DNA of 64,000 nt from the human T2T-CHM13v2.0 reference genome, Homo sapiens: NCBI RefSeq assembly GCF_009914755.1, contig NC_060927.1, one strand, 5' to 3'. The translations under genes and the position numbers were made by a program. Positions 58,508-64,000 of the stretch are shown piece by piece. The first letter of the stretch is position 1, and every line of letters begins with the position of its first letter. The notes below the pieces were generated by a model that was not told the origin of the DNA, made no database searches, and worked only from the letters and a program-made list of their open reading frames with translations.

Positions 58508-61309
58508 TTGAAGCCCGGGTCTGTGGTCATACTGAGCCATTAGAGTGTCTACGTTAACCTAATTTTAGTATATGTAATTATATTGTCTTCCTAATTTGCT
58601 CATGCACTTTCAACTGGAAGTGGTCAACACCGGATTCTTAAATAACTCCACATCATTAAGGTCGCCTACAGTAACACATAGCTTGTTTTCCTGTAAGCTA
58701 CATTAGATGACTCAGTCCCCGAGTATTTGGAACAATTGTGAGATAATGTTCTGAATAGAGCTGTGGCAGGGTCATGTTTGGTCTGCTTGGCACTTATAAT
58801 TTATCTTCATATATCAAGGAAAAAGTCTAGATACAAAAATGTGGATATGCAGTAGCTCACATAGAATATATATGCTAAATTCTGAAATTTAGATTTTTTT
58901 AAGAATTTAAAATTATGATAAGACATGCTGTGTACCTAGAATTTATTTTATTACATAATTACAATGAATAATTAAATCTCATCAAGGACGGAAGGCTACA
59001 TCTCATTTATAATAATGGATATGACAATTATGCATACTCTTGGGCCCGCGCAGTATATGCTGTGCAGTTAATTCTAACAGCAGTCCATCAACTGCAGCTC
59101 AAAGAGGTTAAATGGCTTGTCCACAGAGCTGGTGTGATTTTAAGCCTTATCTCTCTGACTCCTAAACTTGTCTTTCCACAGCACCTGCTCCCTTTATCTT
59201 TGTATGCTCACTATTCAACACAGTACACAGTATATAAGCATATAGCCAAATGAGTTTATAGTTATTGATTACAAATAGCTTTGAATCACGAAATCACAAC
59301 TGTTAATCACAAATGAACAGCTCTGGATGGAAAGGAAACAATATGGTTCATTAGGTTGATCACTATGATGGTCAATCCATGTTTGCTGATTGCCACACAA
59401 TAGATGAGTTACCAAATAAGCAATTATTCTAGGTGCTAAGCCAACTGAACTAGCTTAAGTCTGTGCTGTATGACTGATTGCCTAGCAATCAGCGATTGAA
59501 TGACAAAACCCATCTCCTATGTAGATTGTAGATGCAGCCTTGAAATGGCCTGCTGTACCAAGTCATTATTTTCCTTTTTATGAAGGCAATGTTGTTTCAG
59601 GAAGGGGAAATAGAAGTCAGCATAAGCTCTTTCTCATAAGGAAAGTGATAAACTAGTTGAGAGAGGCAGGCTGAATCTGATGAATCTATGCGTAGAATAT
59701 GCTGATGTATAAGGCTGATTTAAAAACAATCCCACTTGAATAGTGGATTGTTATTAACACAGGATGATACCCACAAAAGGTAAATAAATAAATGAATGAC
59801 TGAATAACTGATATATAAATACATAATGAAAATGGCACCCTAAACTAGTCATAGGCATTGTCAACTGACGTCCAATAATATAATTGCCAAATGAACTTGT
59901 CAGGAAAATATGTACACATAGGTCAATTGCAAACAATAACTATTAGTATTTCAAACTGGTTAATGATAACTGGTTGTTTAAATTAAACTTTCTTTTTCCT
60001 CTGAACTGCTTTCTGCTTCACTTAAATTGTTATAAACTTTAGTTTCAGACTTAAGAACCATAGTATGGATGGATGGATGACAGAGAGAGAGAAATGCTAA
60101 CCTGAAGAAGTGCCTGTACAGATGCCCTCTCAATTTTTCATACTCTTAGGCCCTTCCTGGTATTTTATGGCCCTGATTACATAGTTTGGAGCTACACAAA
60201 CCAGAATCTTTTCACCCTAGCAGGAAGCAGTAGCTAGACCTCTTCTCTCTTCCTGAATAGAAAAAGGTGAAGAAAAGAGACAGGCTCAATAGTTCTCAAC
60301 AGTAGGTGAAATAGCCCTCTTGGGGCTGTTTGGAAATTTATGAGGGCCTTGGAGTTGCTACAATGGTAGGAAACACCAATGGCATTGAAAGAATGGTCGC
60401 CAGGGAAGGAAAACATTCCTGCAACATACGTCACAGTTTTCCAAAAGGAAGAATTTTCCTGCACAAAATGACAATAGCATTGAGAAATGTTAGCCAATTC
60501 CCTTTCAGAACATCACAAGCACTTGCTTAATATCATCAAGGAAAACTAAACTTCAGCCATTATTTCAAAGAATATGCCAAAATTTGGCTGAAAAACATTC
60601 TCTAATTGGAAGCAAAGAAGATTCTTTATGGCAAAAAAAAAAAAAAAAAAAAGAAATGAAAAGTCCTTACTGTTATTCCAACAGTAACCTCTAAACTCTT
60701 CTCAACATTAGGAACAGCACCTCTGAGTCTCTGCAGGCTTCAGAAATTTCAAAAGAAACAAACACTAAGATTCTGTTTTATCCAAGAACCATCCCCTGCT
60801 CAGACAATAAACTTGGTTGAGCACACAGTAGATTAACAAAGCAATCCAGGTAAGTTGCAGGGTGCAAAGCTCACTTGAAGCTGCTGTAAAATGTCCCCTT
60901 CCTCCTACCTTCAGTCTTGGGGGAGACTGTGGTTCTTGCACATTTCTGGAAAACAATGAATGCTGTTCACTATGCAGGTGGGCTGAGGATTTTAGCAGAT
61001 GGCAACAGGATGGCTGTAAAAGAGAAAAGGGCTTTTGCAGATGGTATAGTTACTCCTTTCTGTTTTGTTTTTTTTTTCTTTTGGGAGGGGAAAGTGAAGG
61101 AAATAGTTGCAAGACAATGCAATAATGCTGCAAATGTCCAAAATATTTATTCTCATACATTTTCTGAAATCACCACATTATTACCTTTCATCAACATATT
61201 GCAGAGGAGAAATAAAGCAGGAAGTGGAGAGAGGACAGGAAGAAAAATCCTTCAACATCTACAACTTTAAATTCCCCACCCTCTAGAGTTACCCGTTGTG
61301 GAATTGAAG

Positions 61310-61520
61310 CTTGTTAATGTAATACATTTCCCCATATTTTTCTTCTCCAAGTGAAATAAGCTAATTACTCTAACTTTTTCTCATAGGCTATTTTTTTTTC
61401 CAGCACTGTGCAATTATTTTTGGTGCTTGACTTCCAGCTATATACATTCTGCTCATCCTGTGATTCTGAGATACTACAAGTTGGTCACAACATTCTGAAA
61501 ATGGCTTGCTAGGTAGCAGC
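61310..61520 (-). mobile_element. CR1/L3 LINE relic
   Basis: 'ttcttctccaagtgaaataag...ttctcatagg...tccagc...atttttggtgct' resembles the reverse strand of L3 RT. Confidence 0.5.
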
Positions 61521-62129
61521 TGCCTTCACTAGTGATCTCCTGTTAGATGACAACACCACATCTCTTGGCAGTCTTATCCAAAAAAAGGAGGTAGTTAATA
61601 AAAACACTCTGATGTAGGTAGCTTCTGACACAGCGTAGGCACAGGTTTTTCACCATAATGAGCAGCCACGATCATTAATTGAGCCACAGATCTGTGAGTC
61701 TTCCAATCCTATTTCTTCAGCTCTTACTGACATTGAAAAGATGGCAAGTGGCAAGTTCTCTGCAAAGTATTGTCTCCCACAGGTCTGATCCTGGGAAGTC
61801 AATCCTCAATGATTGATATCTGCTGCTTTTTCCTATGCTGGCTTTGGGTGAGTGTCCTCAGAGCATTTCCTCTGTCTCTGCACTTTGATATTAGAAAGGG
61901 TAGTAAATGATACAGGCCTATGAGTGAAGTTGATGCCCTTTAATTATTATTCAGATGATTTGCTCACATTTTCATTTGTCTATCACAAATTTAGTAAATA
62001 TATAAGAACCTATTGTGAGTCAATCTTGGGATGGTTACTAGTTACAAGGCAACTAGATCAAGTTGTGGCCATAAAGGAGCTCAGGTGGAAGAAGATAGAT
62101 AAGGAAGTCAAGAATTACTACGATAAGTT

Positions 62130-62257
62130 GGTGAGGTTATAGATATTTTAATTAACTTGATTAAATTTTCCAAATTCTCTACATAGATCAAAACATCACA
62201 TTATACCTTATAAATATATATAATTACCATTTGTCAGTTAAAAATAAATTTTAGAAA
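62130..62257 (+). mobile_element. Short L1MA 3' tail
   Basis: 'atcaaaacatcacattataccttataaatatatataatt...tttgtcagttaaaaataaa'. Confidence 0.7.
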
Positions 62258-62837
62258 ACGTGGTACAATGCAATATAATAAGTACATTATTTAAAAAATG
62301 TATAGGGTCTTGTGAGAACACCGTTTCAGCCTGAAGGGTTAGGATCAGAAAAGCTCACAGAGCAGGTAACAAACAGAGTCATGAAGAATAATTAGGAATG
62401 ATCTCATCAGGGATCCAAAAATAGGAAGAGCAAACCATGGAGAAGATGGAGCCCCTAGAAAACCACAGGAATATAAGAGCACCAGGTAGGTAGGAAATCT
62501 GTGGATACAGGTGAAGTGTGACAAGCATAAAGCTGGAGAGAGAGAAAGGCTGAAAGTTAGGACTAAACTAGAAGCTAATTGAAAGCCAGCACAGAAACTA
62601 CCACCCAAGTCCAATTTACTCAGTGGACTTAGTTTAGAAAACTTGGATTCAGAATGGGGCACTATGGTGCAATGAAGCTAACTTTACGTTCCCCACAATC
62701 TAGCTGTGTGTCTCCCTGCATTATAGTGACACAGTGTGATGATGACTGCTATGTGGTAGACAAGGGCCTTAGTTTTCAATAAAATGTTTCATTTCCTCAA
62801 TCAACTAGAGAACAAACCCAGGGATTTGGGTGGCTCC

Positions 62838-63691
<854 letters not shown>

Positions 63692-63729
63692 ATGCTAAAA
63701 TTCTTTTACAAAAATTGCCTCTTTAAAAA

Positions 63730-63960
63730 CGTAGTGTCTTAAGGGATAGAATATACTAAATATTGAACAGGTGAAGTCTAATGGATCAGAATCCATAAAG
63801 CCTGCATTTTGGGTTAGATTTGTCAATTACTATAGTTTTGGGCAAAGTACTTCATCTTTTTTACCTCAACTTTTCTACATATAAAATACAGAATACAGAT
63901 AATAATTCTAACCTCCTTTCTATATCACAGCCTTGCTTGAGATGAAAGTGAAATAAAATT
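63730..63960 (+). mobile_element. MIR SINE
   Basis: 'ttgggcaaagtacttcatc...cctcaacttttctacatataaaat'. Confidence 0.6.
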
Positions 63961-64000
63961 ATTTTTAAAAAGTCACCAAATCCAAAGTGCTAAATGAATG

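Noticed and set aside
60633-60652. Orphan poly(A) run as a truncated retrocopy
   Set aside because: No TSD, no upstream polyA signal and no recognisable insert.

Overview
This is AT-rich, CpG-poor primate genomic DNA, catarrhine and most likely human, judged from Alu, L1PA and HERV-K LTR content. It is intergenic or deep-intronic. I found no credible host protein-coding exon, RNA gene, CpG island or CRISPR array; every recognisable ORF is retrotransposon-derived. Main content: a full-length but dead ~6.2 kb L1PA6-like LINE-1 (26.8-33.0 kb), nine Alus (J and S, no AluY), solo LTRs with target-site duplications (TSDs: LTR5B-like HML-2, LTR22/HML-5, MER41B nested in MER4A, LTR1, THE1D), older MaLR/ERVL LTRs, hAT MITEs, and L1M/L2/MIR/CR1 relics. 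I see no evidence of a new gene system. The best second-look items are DNA-synthesis scars and one regulatory variant. An AluSc carries an inverted 64-bp copy of DNA from 2 kb away. There is a perfect direct-inverted-direct micro-triplication at 24.4 kb, plus several other templated or fold-back insertions. In the MER41B copy, a small deletion appears to have regenerated the second STAT/GAS motif. Repeat subfamily names are from recalled consensus sequences and need RepeatMasker/Dfam confirmation; boundaries of old elements are approximate.
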